NCBI RefSeq assembly: GCF_009914755.1
Contig: NC_060927.1
DNA length: 64,000 nt
From: the human T2T-CHM13v2.0 reference genome, Homo sapiens
Strand: one strand, 5' to 3'
Numbering within the stretch: position 1 is the stretch's first letter; every line of letters begins with the position of its first letter. The position numbers and the translations under genes are program-made. Below are positions 40,479 through 52,443 of this stretch, piece after piece. A model generated the notes under the pieces. That model saw only the letters and a program-made list of their open reading frames with translations. It was not told the origin of the DNA and did not search any database.

Positions 40479-42125
40479 GTGAGTATAATACTAACATATG
40501 TAGGAACAGATTAATTTTTCATTATAAAATATTCATCAGTACAATATATTATTACTCTATGAAGTTCCTCCCATATTTTAATGGGGAAATAATGCTCACA
40601 GAAGCTCAGAGAGATTATATAGCTTTCCCAGCATTACATAGTTGGGATTAAATACACAACTCCTGACTCAGTATCCCTCTCTGCATTGGCCTAGTCAGGC
40701 TGTAACATTCGTCAGATAGAGCAAGTCCGTGGACATGAAATGAGAACTGAGCCTCACCTCTCCTCAAAACTAAAACTGATTTTTCTTTTAATCTTCATTA
40801 TTTTTTCATTTTCATGCATCTTTGAACTGCCTAGGCTCCACTGGTCATAGATGCTCAAGTGTGAAATTGAGTGAGAAAGGTAATTTTAAGAGATTTCCAG
40901 CTGCTTTTTTACCAGAGTGGGCTTTTACTGCCCTTTTCTTTTTTTCCCAAGCAGAAAAGAAAGTAAGCATTGGGTTACCCCATTTTTGTCTTATTGAAAT
41001 ATTTTCCAAAAGCCTTCTCCAATCGGCAGTCTGAAATGGTACATAAGGTTAAGCCTCATTTTTCTGACTTGCTATTTTGAGTCAGTCTGGGTTGGGCCAT
41101 AACTGGAAGGGACCCCAGTACCCAGAACTGATCTTCCACTTGTCTTACTACTACTCTAAGATAACATTAACCATTGTGCCATATGCTTTCCTACCTTTTG
41201 CAGAGTATCCTTGAAGACTCTGTAACCACATACAGGGAGTGGTGAACAAAACACTAAACCAGTAGTTAGAAATTCTGGATTATTTTCCAAGGACTACAAT
41301 TTGGCCACCACATGACCTTGAGAAACTCATAATTCCCCAAAAAACAAAAGTAAAACAAAAGTGCATGTTTCGTAGAATTACCTATTAATACATATGAAGT
41401 CTCCATTAAAGCATCTAAAAATTGGGTAATAGGGATTAGAGAGCTTTATATTAAATGAACAAATGAAATCTGAAAATCTGAATTGATTTTTTAAATTGTT
41501 CTGTATTCAAATGTTTGTTTTATATGGAGATGAGAATCAATCTCTCTATCCTCCTTCCCCCACTACCCACTCTTTATCTCTCCTAAGATGCTATGGATTG
41601 CCAGGGCATAGAGGTGTTTGAGTGATGAACATAAAGATGTTCACAGATATATTTCTGTTGCCTGATATCAAGATAGCTAGAGCATTTGTATAGCTAAATT
41701 CCATACTAACTTGGCTCTTTAATGCATTTCGGAAAAAGAGATTACTTGTACTAACATAAAATAGTTCTTTGTACAAAGATGACTTTAAGAATGTTCACTG
41801 ATTCAAACAAAAGGGATTTAGGCATTATCTAGCCAGTACTCGGGGATTGAGAAGAGCTTTACTTCCCATCTCTACCCTATCCCCGCAGTACATAGTGAGT
41901 GTTTGGGCAAAGGCTGGGGCTAGGGTTAGCAAAGAGGCTGTATGAAAAGCTTCAGTCTTAAATCCTAGGATTTTAAGATTTAGTCTCTGGAGGAATATTT
42001 TAATCCACATAAAAGAAACATTTCTTCTATTAGGAGGCAGTTGTCATGGAGAGTATCAGTTCTGGTGAAAAGACTTGAATTGTTGGTCTGGTTCTCTTGA
42101 GCAAGTTGTTTAAAACCTCTGAGCC

Positions 42126-42295
42126 TCAGTTTTATCTGTAGAATGGTGATGCATTTCCTGCACACAAAGTAAATAATGTTATGATACATTTCCTGCACAC
42201 AAAGTAAATAATGTTATGATAAAAATGCTCAGTTTTATCTGTAGATGGTGAGGCAATTTCTACATACAAAGTAAATAATGTTATGATAAAAATTC
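42126..42295 (+). repeat. Nested tandem duplications within a MIR-like fragment
   Basis: ctcagttttatctgtaga x2 and caaagtaaataatgttatgata x3. Confidence 0.85.
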
Positions 42296-42508
42296 TTTGC
42301 AAACTACAAAATACCGTATAGATCATGAGGTTCAAATGTGACTAACAGGCACAGGGTTATGCCAGCAAAAATGCTGAAAGAACTGGGAGAGTATGTCTCT
42401 TTCTCATCAATCTGTGTTCTCCTTTAAAGAAACAACACATGTCTGTGTGTGTGTGTGCATAAGACTCCCTCAATTCTTAGCATTGAAAGACCAATATTTT
42501 GTTCCTAG

Positions 42509-42617
42509 AATGGAAAGACCTCCACCTTTCAAGCCACCACCACCTCCCATCAAGTACACTTGCATTCAAGAGCCCAACGAAAGTGATCTGCCTTATCATG
42601 AGATGGAGACCCTCTAG
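42509..42617 (+). CDS. CD96: CD96 last coding exon, cytoplasmic tail (I)MERPPPFKPPPPPIKYTCIQEPNESDLPYHEMETL*
   Basis: ttttgttcctag| acceptor; Pro-rich motif, ITIM-like IKYTCI and YxxM (YHEM); TAG stop; end of ORF 42393..42617. Confidence 0.97.
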
Positions 42618-44035
42618 TCTCGTGAGACTTTGCCCCATGGCAGAACTCTGCTGGAATCCTATTGAGAAGGTAGACATTGTGCTTTATTAATATAGTCGCT
42701 CTTCAGCCATGCCTTTGCTGCAGCTGAAATGGAAGTCAGAAGTGAGTGACCTGTTTTCCCAGCAACTCACCCTCTTTCATCTCCAAACGCCTGAAGCTTA
42801 ACCAAGAGTGAGAGGATATGTCATGTTCACACTCAATGCAATTCGTAGTGGTTTTCTTGCTTATGTAAGAAGTACATATTAGTCTGCCATCTTTAAAAAA
42901 AAATACAGTATTTTCATTTAAATTCTCTGATGGAGGGACAACAATGGTTTCAACTGTATGCCCATGCCTGATCCTCTTATTTGAACATCTATCAACATTG
43001 TAAACTCTTTGCCAAAATCCTGGGGCTTTGCTGCATTCCCTAAGATAATTATAGGAAAAAGAAAATGTAAAAGTGCTAACAAGGCTGCCAAGTAATGGAG
43101 AAGTATGGTTAGTCTTCATATTGAAATTCTGTTGCTTATTTTCATGGAAGGAAACAGAATACTTTGCACAGGAACCACATTTTCAATCCTCCTTCACTGT
43201 CTTCCTACCATGTTCAGCCCAGACTCCTGCCACATGGACCAGGATGAAGAGGGATCAAAGAGATAATTAGCCAAAAACCCAGTAGCCTAGAAGATACAAA
43301 ACTCCACTGGCCTCTAAAATTATATTAGCCAAGAGTGGTTTCATTTGAGTGCCTTCGTGTGTATGTCCATCAAACTGGAACCAAACTGTTTTGTAAGTAA
43401 ACAGGCAGCCTAAGCCCAACCCTACTTTCTAATTCCGGTTATTCTCTTTTTCATCTGGGGATTTACCTGTTCATTTAATCTGCCTGTTTTGATCTGTTTT
43501 GAAAAAGATAAAGAGCCTCAAATCAGACCAGCACTGATTAATTAACCCTGCTCCTACCAATCTTTTTTAAAGCAGTTGAAGCAGAATGTATAGGTGTCAG
43601 AGAAGAAACCTAGTCAGCCAGACGTGCTCTGTATTCAGCAATAGTTTGTGAATGAATAAATTACTAATCCTCCTTGTCGCTTGAAACCTTCCCACACTCC
43701 CTGCTCCAGGAGGGAAAAACAGATGTTGTTGACAGATAGAGTGATAGGCAAATTCTGTGTGGACTTTAGTCCCAAAAGGAAACTTTAGTTCACTTGCAGT
43801 ATGCTTATCCTTGACTGCACATGAGAATGCCTTGTGCAGAGTTATTTGGAGATTATGTCTTTTTCTTAAACACCATGGCTGTCACACTTCAGTTCAATTA
43901 AATCAGAATGTCTGAGGAGTGAGACACAGGCATCAACACTCTCAAATGATTCACATGTTCAGCCAAAGTTGAGAACCATCGAGCCTGTGGAAGTTCTTTC
44001 TCATGGCTCAGAATCTTAGGTAGGTGCTTAACTCT

Positions 44036-45015
44036 TGTGGTGGCCAGCCTCCAAGATGAGCCCCAGTGTTCTTGCCTCCTACTATTCACATCTTTATGTG
44101 GTCCCCTCCAATGCTGAATACAGATGATTTGTGTAACCTGAGGCCAGGATTAAGGTGAGGCAATCAATGTACCTAGGGAAAAAATTTAAGGAGGTATTCA
44201 CACTCAGGGTCATGCACTTGCACAATGTTGAGAATGAGTACCACTCTCACCATTGGTATAGCCAAAAAAGCTTGGAAGTGACCAAGGCTAGGTCACAAAA
44301 TACACTGTGGCTTCTTCTTTGATCTCTCTTTGACCATACTGACACTGGGAAAAGCCCATTCCCATGCCATGAAGACACCAAGGCAGCCCTATTGAGAAAT
44401 CTACCTGTCGTGGCCGGGCGCAGTGGCTCACGCCTGTAATCCCAGCACTTTGGGAGGCCGAGGTGGGTGGATCACGAGGTCAGGAGATCGAGACCATCCT
44501 GGCTAACACAGTGAAACCCCGTCTCTACTAAAAATACAAAAAATTAGCCGGGTGTGGTGTCGGGCACCTGTAGTCCCAGCTACTCAGGAGGCTGAGGCAG
44601 GAGAAGGGTGGGAACCCGGGAGGCAGAGCTTGCAGTGAGCCGAGATTGTGCCACTGCACACTCCAATCTGGGTGAAAGACCGAGACTCCGCCTCAAAAAA
44701 AAAAAAAAAGAAAGAAAGAAAGAAAGAAAGAAAGAAATCTACCTGTCAAGGAACTAAGGTATTTTGCTAACAAGCACCAACTTGCCAGCCATGTAAGGGA
44801 GCCATCTTGGAAGCAGATCCTCCAGCCTCCAGTCAAGTCTTCAGATAATTGCAACTTCAGTTGATCTTTTGACCAAGACCTCAAGAGAGCCAGAACTACC
44901 CAGCTAAGCCTTTTACTAAATTTCTGAACTTCTAACACTATTAGATAATAAGTGCTTATTGTTTAACACCATTAATTTTGAGTATAATTTGTTACATAGC
45001 GACAGATAACTATAC
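44036..45015 (+). mobile_element. MLT1 (MLT1F-like) LTR in the CD96 3'UTR, interrupted by a MER96-like piece (about 44141-44260) and an AluY
   Basis: tgtggtggccagcctccaagatg start; ...ttgttacatagcgacagataactataca end; aggccaggattaaggtgaggcaa...aaatttaaggagg resembles MER96. Confidence 0.7.
44412..44733 (+). mobile_element. AluY in the CD96 3'UTR with an (AAAG)n tail
   Basis: CpG-rich AluY diagnostics; TSD agaaatctacctgtc. Confidence 0.95.
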
Positions 45016-45879
45016 AGCTCAACAACTAGAAAAATAAACTGTTTACCTGCCTTAATTATTTATCTTTAGTTCCTTATTAGTTCTCAAGAAACAAATGCTA
45101 GCTTCATATGTATGGCTGTTGCTTTGCTTCATGTGTATGGCTATTTGTATTTAACAAGACTTAATCATCAGTAATTTGTATACAAAGCATTGTGGTTTTA
45201 TTTTACTGTTTTACTATAATATATGAATACAAGCAGAAAGTGGGGGTAGGGAGTGGCAGAGTTAGGAGTAGAGAGTGGCAGAGTTGGAGGTATTTGGATT
45301 GTTTCACTAAAGGGAGAGACAGTTTTACAGTATAACATAAATTCATGTAATTTATCAATCTATCAGATGACAGGTGTCTCTCTGTGTTTTTATATTAGCT
45401 CTTCTTTGAAGTACACTCTTTTAGTATCGTAATTAAGTTCTGGTCAGCATTTGCACATTCATTACCACTTGAATAGAGTGAGCGGTTGCTTATCAATGGA
45501 GGGATCTTCAGTGAGTAGTTCAGAGGAACTTTTCACAAACCTGCAAATTAGAGGGGCTCCAGTTGCCTTTTAGTTAGTACTGTGAGCTTGACCACCCTTA
45601 TTTGACTAAAATGACAGTTTCATTTGAGCCTTAAATTGTGTGCGAGTAAATTCATAGAGTCTGACTCAACCAGCAACTCCTGTCTCTGTTAGTGAATTTA
45701 GCTCTGTCTCATAGGAGAAATAGCAATACTAGATCCTAATCCCTAAAGTTTCATTTTCACTGAGAAAAAGCCATATGTACGCATGTTTGTCACTCATTTC
45801 CAAAGCACTATGTGTTAGTTAACATTGTTATTCATATGTTCGTTTCCTTACCCACCTGCACCAGGAGAACTCCTCAGCT

Positions 45880-46183
45880 TGATAACATGATTTGTTTTGC
45901 AATGGAATATCATGGGCACGACTAACCCAAGGCTTGAAAAGTACTTCTATGATTGGATTCACTCTCTTCTTTTCTACCATCACCATGAGAAGATCGTTTT
46001 CAGACTAGCCTACTGTGCCAAGAAGAAAAAGAAAGGCTCATGGAGCAGTACCACCCAAGGCTGGTCCAGTCCAGATCAGCAAAACTCACAGCCTACCTCA
46101 ACAGGCACATAAGTTAGATATTATTGCATGCCACTGAAATTGTGTGGTTATTACACAACATTGTAGCAATAGTTAACCTACAC
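45880..46183 (+). mobile_element. Old MLT1 LTR remnant
   Basis: 3' end ttgcatgccactgaaattgtgtggttattacacaacattgtagcaatagttaacctacaca. Confidence 0.55.
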
Positions 46184-46589
46184 ATATAGATCCAGAGGTA
46201 GGCATATTTTAGCTCATACGTAAGTGCCTAATGCGTGCTTTATTTTTTTAAAAAAATAGTATTTTCTATTTTCTTTGGTTCAGCATGAGTTTTGTTTTAA
46301 CAAGAAGATATGGTTGACTTCCCCAAAATAACTTTGCATTTATAGATCTTTAAAAATCATAGAACATTTGACCAGGATGGGTTTTAGAGGTCGTTTTACA
46401 AAATGAGTTAAGGGTTCTGTGAAATTGACTTGTCCAAGGTCACACAATTAGAAATGGTAAAACCAACGTGATGACCCAGCTCTCTGATTTCTAGCCTAGA
46501 GTGTAATCAATATTTAATTGCTTTGGTATCTCCTTTTACTATAGACAAGAGCTGCTGCTTTGTGTGCTTTTAGGTCAATATTTTTTTTT

Positions 46590-46624
46590 TACACTTGATC
46601 TTAGCCAAAAGGCTGAGAAGCGAT
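46590..46624 (-). pseudogene. 3'-truncated U2 snRNA retropseudogene (nt 1-35)
   Basis: Reverse complement ATCGCTTCTCAGCCTTTTGGCTAAGATCAAGTGTA equals the U2 5' end with one CpG-type G>A change; A/T-rich duplicated flanks. Confidence 0.92.
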
Positions 46625-48419
46625 AATTTTTTTTTTTTTATGCCTTGGTAGTATATGCTAAAAATTGTAACAGAAAACAATGAAAAGTAGAAATAATTAA
46701 CCCTGGGGGATGGGAAGCTCTAGAAAATGTCAAAGAAAATGAGGAAATGAAAGAGAAAAGAGATTAATCAAGATCAGAAGTTGAAAAGAAAGTTTAGAGA
46801 AACTTACTAAGGCCAGAGATAATGAAAAATGTCTCAGAGGCTCTGAACAGGGGAAGAGGTCCTTAAAGGTAGCCCTCTTGGCACCCAGACTTAGGAGGGT
46901 GGCTTTGAACCTGAAGGTTGAATCTTCAGAAATATAGAAACTTTGTTCTCTCTGAGACGAGGGCTGAAATGCATAGCCTAACCGACTGTTTGACAACAGC
47001 AATCATGGCTGTGTCAACCAGCTAAAGGATGGGTGTCCACATTAACTGGCAGAAACACATAGTGAGAATTGGGGAATCAAGGCAGTTATTTCCCAGCTCC
47101 TGCAAAGGTACCTTTTTCCTGGATTTCCTCGATTACTAACAAAGGCACCATGCTCCAGCCAGGAAGGCATGACCAGAAAGCAGGATACTATGACCTTAAG
47201 CTAGGTCAGGGCCAGGGAACACTTTTGGAATTATTGTTAAAGCTTGAATGGTGCATCTGTGATGGGTCTTGATATTTTGTGGGTGCAAATAACACAGAAA
47301 TGGGAACAATAGAATCTAAATTTTTCTCCTCAGACAGCATCTTTGTATCCTCCAATCTCTGTTATCCAAATCTCCAAACTCTTTCCTGTTCTGCACACTC
47401 AGGTTCCTCATATTTGTTCAAAGACTGTGGCATTGTGATTGTGGGGAGGGACACTGGGGGGAATAATAGGGAAGAGCAACAAACCCAATATCACAACATA
47501 AAGAAGAGAGCATGGCTGGGGCCATATCCAGCTACCCTGGGTGAATGCCACAAACTTATGCACATTTGCCCTGAGTTTTGTCAGACTATACCCCATTTAC
47601 TGTCCAAAGAAGATATATCACCAAATAAAATTGGCTACAGCATTATGCCATTCAACTATCACCAGAAAGTACTTAAAAGTGCCAAGAAGGTAGGCTGGAG
47701 GGGATAGAACAACAGTTACATGAATCCTGCAGAGAAGTTTGATAGTGGACCTCATATCCTGAGAGCCATGTATAAGAGTTAACCTCTCTATTCTGCATTT
47801 TCTCTCTTCAAAGCTTAAATATCTGTTAAGGCTGAATGGGAAGATGATCAGGGATCTGAGAATTCCATCTATGGTAGAATCATTTTTGCATCACTGGTTT
47901 GAGATAAGCCTAATTCCACTCTTACAGATAATTGGGTTGCATTGGATTTTTCTTATACATAAAGCCATTGCACTGATTCAAAGGGACATGCTTTGGTGAC
48001 TAACGAATCTGAAATCTAACACAGTAATAAATAAGAATTGATTTTAATTTTGTGGCTAGTTACTAGAAAAGTCTGACAAGCACTTTTCCTGAATACCTCT
48101 TTTCGATGGCCAGTTTAGGGTTTGTAGATTCCACACTCATGAAATTGATATTAAAAAAATCTAAGAACTACTTATTGCCTTCAGTGAATGTAAAATTTAA
48201 TGGAAGAGAGAGACATTTAAACAAATATATACAGTACAGTGTTACAGATATAAAAATTAAGTTATGCGCAAAGAAGAGAAAATAATAAAGAAAAAGGTAT
48301 GATTTCAGGGACAACATATGAGAAATACTTTTAAAGGCTTCAGAAAGGAGGCTGTCAATAGAGGCAAGGCCACTGCAGTAGAGACCCTGATATCTGAGAC
48401 ATAGTGATGGGACTTGAAA

Positions 48420-51400
48420 ACATTACCTAAGGGTTATACCAAGAATGTAAGAAGCATCTGATGATAGAAAATTGCTTAATATAATTTACCATATAAATAG
48501 AACTAAGGAGAAAAAGGATAGGAATAATCTCCATAGCTGTTTAAAAAATCTTTGGCAAAATTCAACACCCATTCCTACTAAAAACTCTTGAGAAAAAGGG
48601 ATATTTTCTTAACTACATATATACATAATACATGCATGCAAATCTATCTACAGCTGTATTTGTAGATACATATATATGTACAGTTATAGTATATAAATAC
48701 TATATATAGTTTTATATATATGTATGCATATATACATATACTATTCTCTATGGTATACATCTATATAACTGCAATTGTATGAATATATATGCAATGAAAG
48801 AAAAGATGGATAAATTTAGCTACTTAAGAATAAAAATATTCATGAGAGAGAAAGCAAAGTCAAAGGACAAATAATAAAGTAAGTGAAAATATTTACAACA
48901 TATATCACAGATGATATATCAATATACATACCTTTATCAATATACTTAGTTGATAAAGAACTTACAAATATTGAGGATAAAAAACTGAAAAATCCTATGA
49001 AAAATGGGCTAAAGCCATGAACAAATAATTCACACACAAAAATTAAAATGACTCTTAACCATTTGAAAAACATGAAATGTATTCATAATAAAAGAAATCA
49101 AAATTTAAAAATGTACTGAGACATCAGTTCTTCTCCATTTAGTTGTCATGAATTTCAAGTTTGACAATATTGTCCGTTATCAAGGCTTTGGGGAAAACAT
49201 GCACACTCATATACTGCTGAAGGGAGTGCAAAATGGTGCCACCAATATTGAGAAGAATATGATGATATCTAACAAAACTATATATTAATTTATTCATTGA
49301 CATTGTAATTCATCTTCAGGAATTCACCATGAAACTCAGCCTCCAACAATATCAGAATATATATGCACAAGATTATTTTGGTATCATTATGTGTATTCAC
49401 AAAGTATTTGAAATTATCTAAATGTCCAATATAGGAGATTGGTTGAATAAAATGTAGTAAATACACAAAATAGAGTTAATGTGCAGTTGTAAAAACAAAA
49501 AAGAAGAAAATCTCTATCAACTGATATTGAGTGATTTCCAGAGATATTATTAAGGGAAAAAGGTGAAGTACAAAGAGCATGTAATATGCTACCTTTGTGT
49601 AAGAAAGAAGGAAAAATTAAAAAAATGAAATATGTATATGCCTATTTTTACAAAAAGGAACAGGAGAGATAAATCAAGAAATGCTGGAGTTGAGGGGTAA
49701 AGAAGGAAGAGTGTGACGGATATATGGAGAAGTGTCCTTTCCTGCATATACCTTTCTGTATAATTTTGTCTGAAAAAAAGAATATTAGTATTCTATGTAT
49801 TAAAATAATAAAATTAAATAAATAAGAACAGGAAAAAAAACTAAAACTGAAAGAAAACTATTTGTATTTTAAATAAATACCATAAGCACACTGAAAGAGA
49901 AAAAAGAAAGAAAAAACTAATCCAGGCCAGGTGGATTAGTTTTTAGGAAAAACTAATCCAATCCAGGCTCACACCTGTAATCCCAGCATTTTGGGAGGCC
50001 AAGGTGGGCAGATCACGAAGTCAGGAGTTTGAGACCAGCCTGGCCAACATGGTGAAACCCCATCTCTACTAAAAATACAAAAATTAGCCAGGCATGGTGG
50101 CATGTGCCTGTAGTCCCAGCTACTCAGGAGGCTGAGGCAGGAGAATCACTTGAACCCAGGAGGTGGAGGTTGTGGTGAGCTATCACACCGCTGCACTCCA
50201 GACTGGGCAACAGAGTAAGACTCCATTTCAAAAAAAAAAAAACCTAATTCAAGTAGCTAGGAACACAAAATTTGACTATATATTTGACTATATACCCCAG
50301 TCTCGTGTAGGGTGGGGTGGGGGTGGTGGGAACAAGGTGAGAATTGTAAGCAAATCTGGAAGGCTTGGTAGTAAGATTTTTTTATTGTAATGATATAAGC
50401 AAAGCAATTTTGAAACATTGTTCTGTATTATAAGATTATGTAAATGTGTTGTCATTGGGTGCCCAGGTTCTCATTGAGGGAAAAGGAACATATAAATATG
50501 GAATAAGGAAAGACTGGAAAGAACCCTGTGTAGATGCAGGGATGGAGTCAAATTGGCAGTATCAATGCAAACTCATGATTTCCACAATATGTGTGTGTAT
50601 ATGTGTGTGTGTGTGCATGTGTATGCGCATGAAGGTTAGTGTCCTTCCCAAGCATCACATCTGGAGACCCATGATGTCCACCTGTCCTTCACTGGTAATC
50701 TTAATCTTAATCACGTCTGTGTGTAAATGTGCTTGAGCATGCATATGTGTTTTGCATTGCAAATATGTATATGTGCCTATATTTCCCAGATGTGCCTTTT
50801 GAAAGGACTAAGAAAGAAAGATATCCCGGTAGCAAAGAGCATACCTAGCATCCGCATCTTGGTCTTCAGTATAATTTCCTGCTGAAAGGAACTGAACTCA
50901 GAGAAATGTCTAAGGACAAAGTAAACATAAGTGAACTTGAAATACTTTGTTAGGTCAGAAAATAAGAACATAGTCCAAAAACTGCTAGGGTATGTCAGAA
51001 GGATATAGGAGTCAGTTTGAAAGGACTCCCACTGTATACATCTAGGAAAATTTGACTATCGATATAGTTAAGTATATTAATGAGTTAGAAACCATTGAGA
51101 AAAGCAGGAATTCATGAGTCCTTACCAGTAGTAAGTGATAGCTATATAGATAGGTAGATAGGTAGTCAGAGAGAGACAGAGAGAGAAAGGAGGGCTCTCA
51201 CCTATAGCAAAACTTCAAGAGCAGATTAAGAAATACGAAGGGAGTGCTGAAATTCAGAAGTTATCATTTTGTAATCAGCATAATAAAGATTGCATCAGGC
51301 TAGAATCATCAATGGATACTAAGTTGAGGAAATTTTGATGAAGATCAGGATATATGCATGGTCTCTAAGTGCCTCCCTGTAAAATCTTATTGGTTACACA

Positions 51401-51625
51401 GGAGAAACAGAAACAGTAACTATGCAGTGGAGAAATTAGACAAGAACTTGACCAAGTGATCAAAATTAATATCATCAGTGAGAGAGACAGGGATCTTGTG
51501 CTCCTCCAAATGTAATACTCTGGGAAGGATACAATATCACCTATGGAGTATTAGGGCAGAGAATAACCAAACTAAATCTAATCACAAAGTAGCATCAAAT
51601 AAATACAAAATAAGATATATTCTAT
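48420..51625 (+). mobile_element. Old L1M (L1MC-like) remnant; continues at 57497-58095 after the nested insertions
   Basis: Degenerate ORF2 motifs (caaaattcaacacccattcc) and an L1MC-type 3'UTR that resumes after the L1PA tail (tctagattaaaggaggctaaagagacatgacaa). Confidence 0.7.
49925..50242 (+). mobile_element. AluS (Sg-like) with a rearranged 5' end
   Basis: Alu body and A-tail; TSD aaaaactaatcca / aaaacctaattca; extra flank-derived hairpin inside the 5' end. Confidence 0.9.
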
Positions 51626-52443
51626 TGTGTCTGTGTTCATCAGGGATATTGGCCTGAAGTTCTCTTTTTTCATTGTGTCTCTGCCAGATTTTGGTATCAG
51701 TCTGATGCTGGCTTCAGAGAATGAGTTAGGGAAAAGCCCCTCCTCCTCAATTTTCTGGAATAGTTTCAGTAGGATCGTGTCAGTTCTTTGTACATCTGGT
51801 AGAATTTGGCTGTGAATCCATTGGGTCCAGGGCTTCTTTTGCTTTGTAGGTTCTTTGTTACTAATTCAATTTCAGAAGTTGATATTAGTCTATTCAAGAT
51901 TTCAATTGCTTCCTGATTTAATCTTGGGAGATTGTGTGTTTCCAGAAATTTATCCATTTCCTCTAGATTTTCTAACTTCTGTGCATATAGTTGATCATAG
52001 TCCCTGAGGATCTTTTGTATTTACGTGGGATCAGTTGTAATATTGTTTCTGATTGTTCTTATTTGAATCTTCTCTTTCCTTTTCTTTGTTAATCTTGCTA
52101 CCAGTCTATCAATCTCTTATTTTATTTTTTTGAAGAACCTACTTTTTGTTTCATGGATCTTTTGCATCTCAACTTCATTAAGCTCTTCTCTAATTTTAAT
52201 TATTTTTTTACTTCTGTTAGCTTTGGGGTTGGTTTTCTATTCTTTTAGGTGCAGAATTAGACTGCTAATTTTTAGATGTTTCTAACTTCTTGATGAAAGC
52301 ATTTAGGACTTTAAACTTTCCTCTTAACACTGCTTTGGCTGCATCCCAGAGATTTTGGTAACTTGTAAACCTATTTTCATTAGTTGCAAGGAATTTTTTT
52401 ATTTTACCCAGTAGTTATTCAGGAGGAAGTTCTTTAATTTCCA
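51626..52443 (-). mobile_element. Inverted 5' segment of a twin-primed L1PA
   Basis: Minus-strand ORF2 fragment [16 protein letters not shown]; its outer end lies just 5' (in L1 coordinates) of where the + strand segment begins. Confidence 0.88.

Larger units (their letters stand above)
42618..45185 (+). other. CD96: CD96 3'UTR (3' end approximate)
   Basis: Follows the stop codon; AATAAA hexamers at 43655 and 45033; GT/T-rich sequence around 45190-45215; true cleavage site cannot be determined from sequence alone. Confidence 0.6.

Noticed and set aside
47279-47707. 142-aa ORF in apparently unique downstream sequence
   Set aside because: Non-ATG start, no recognisable homology or splice structure; could be a degenerate repeat remnant
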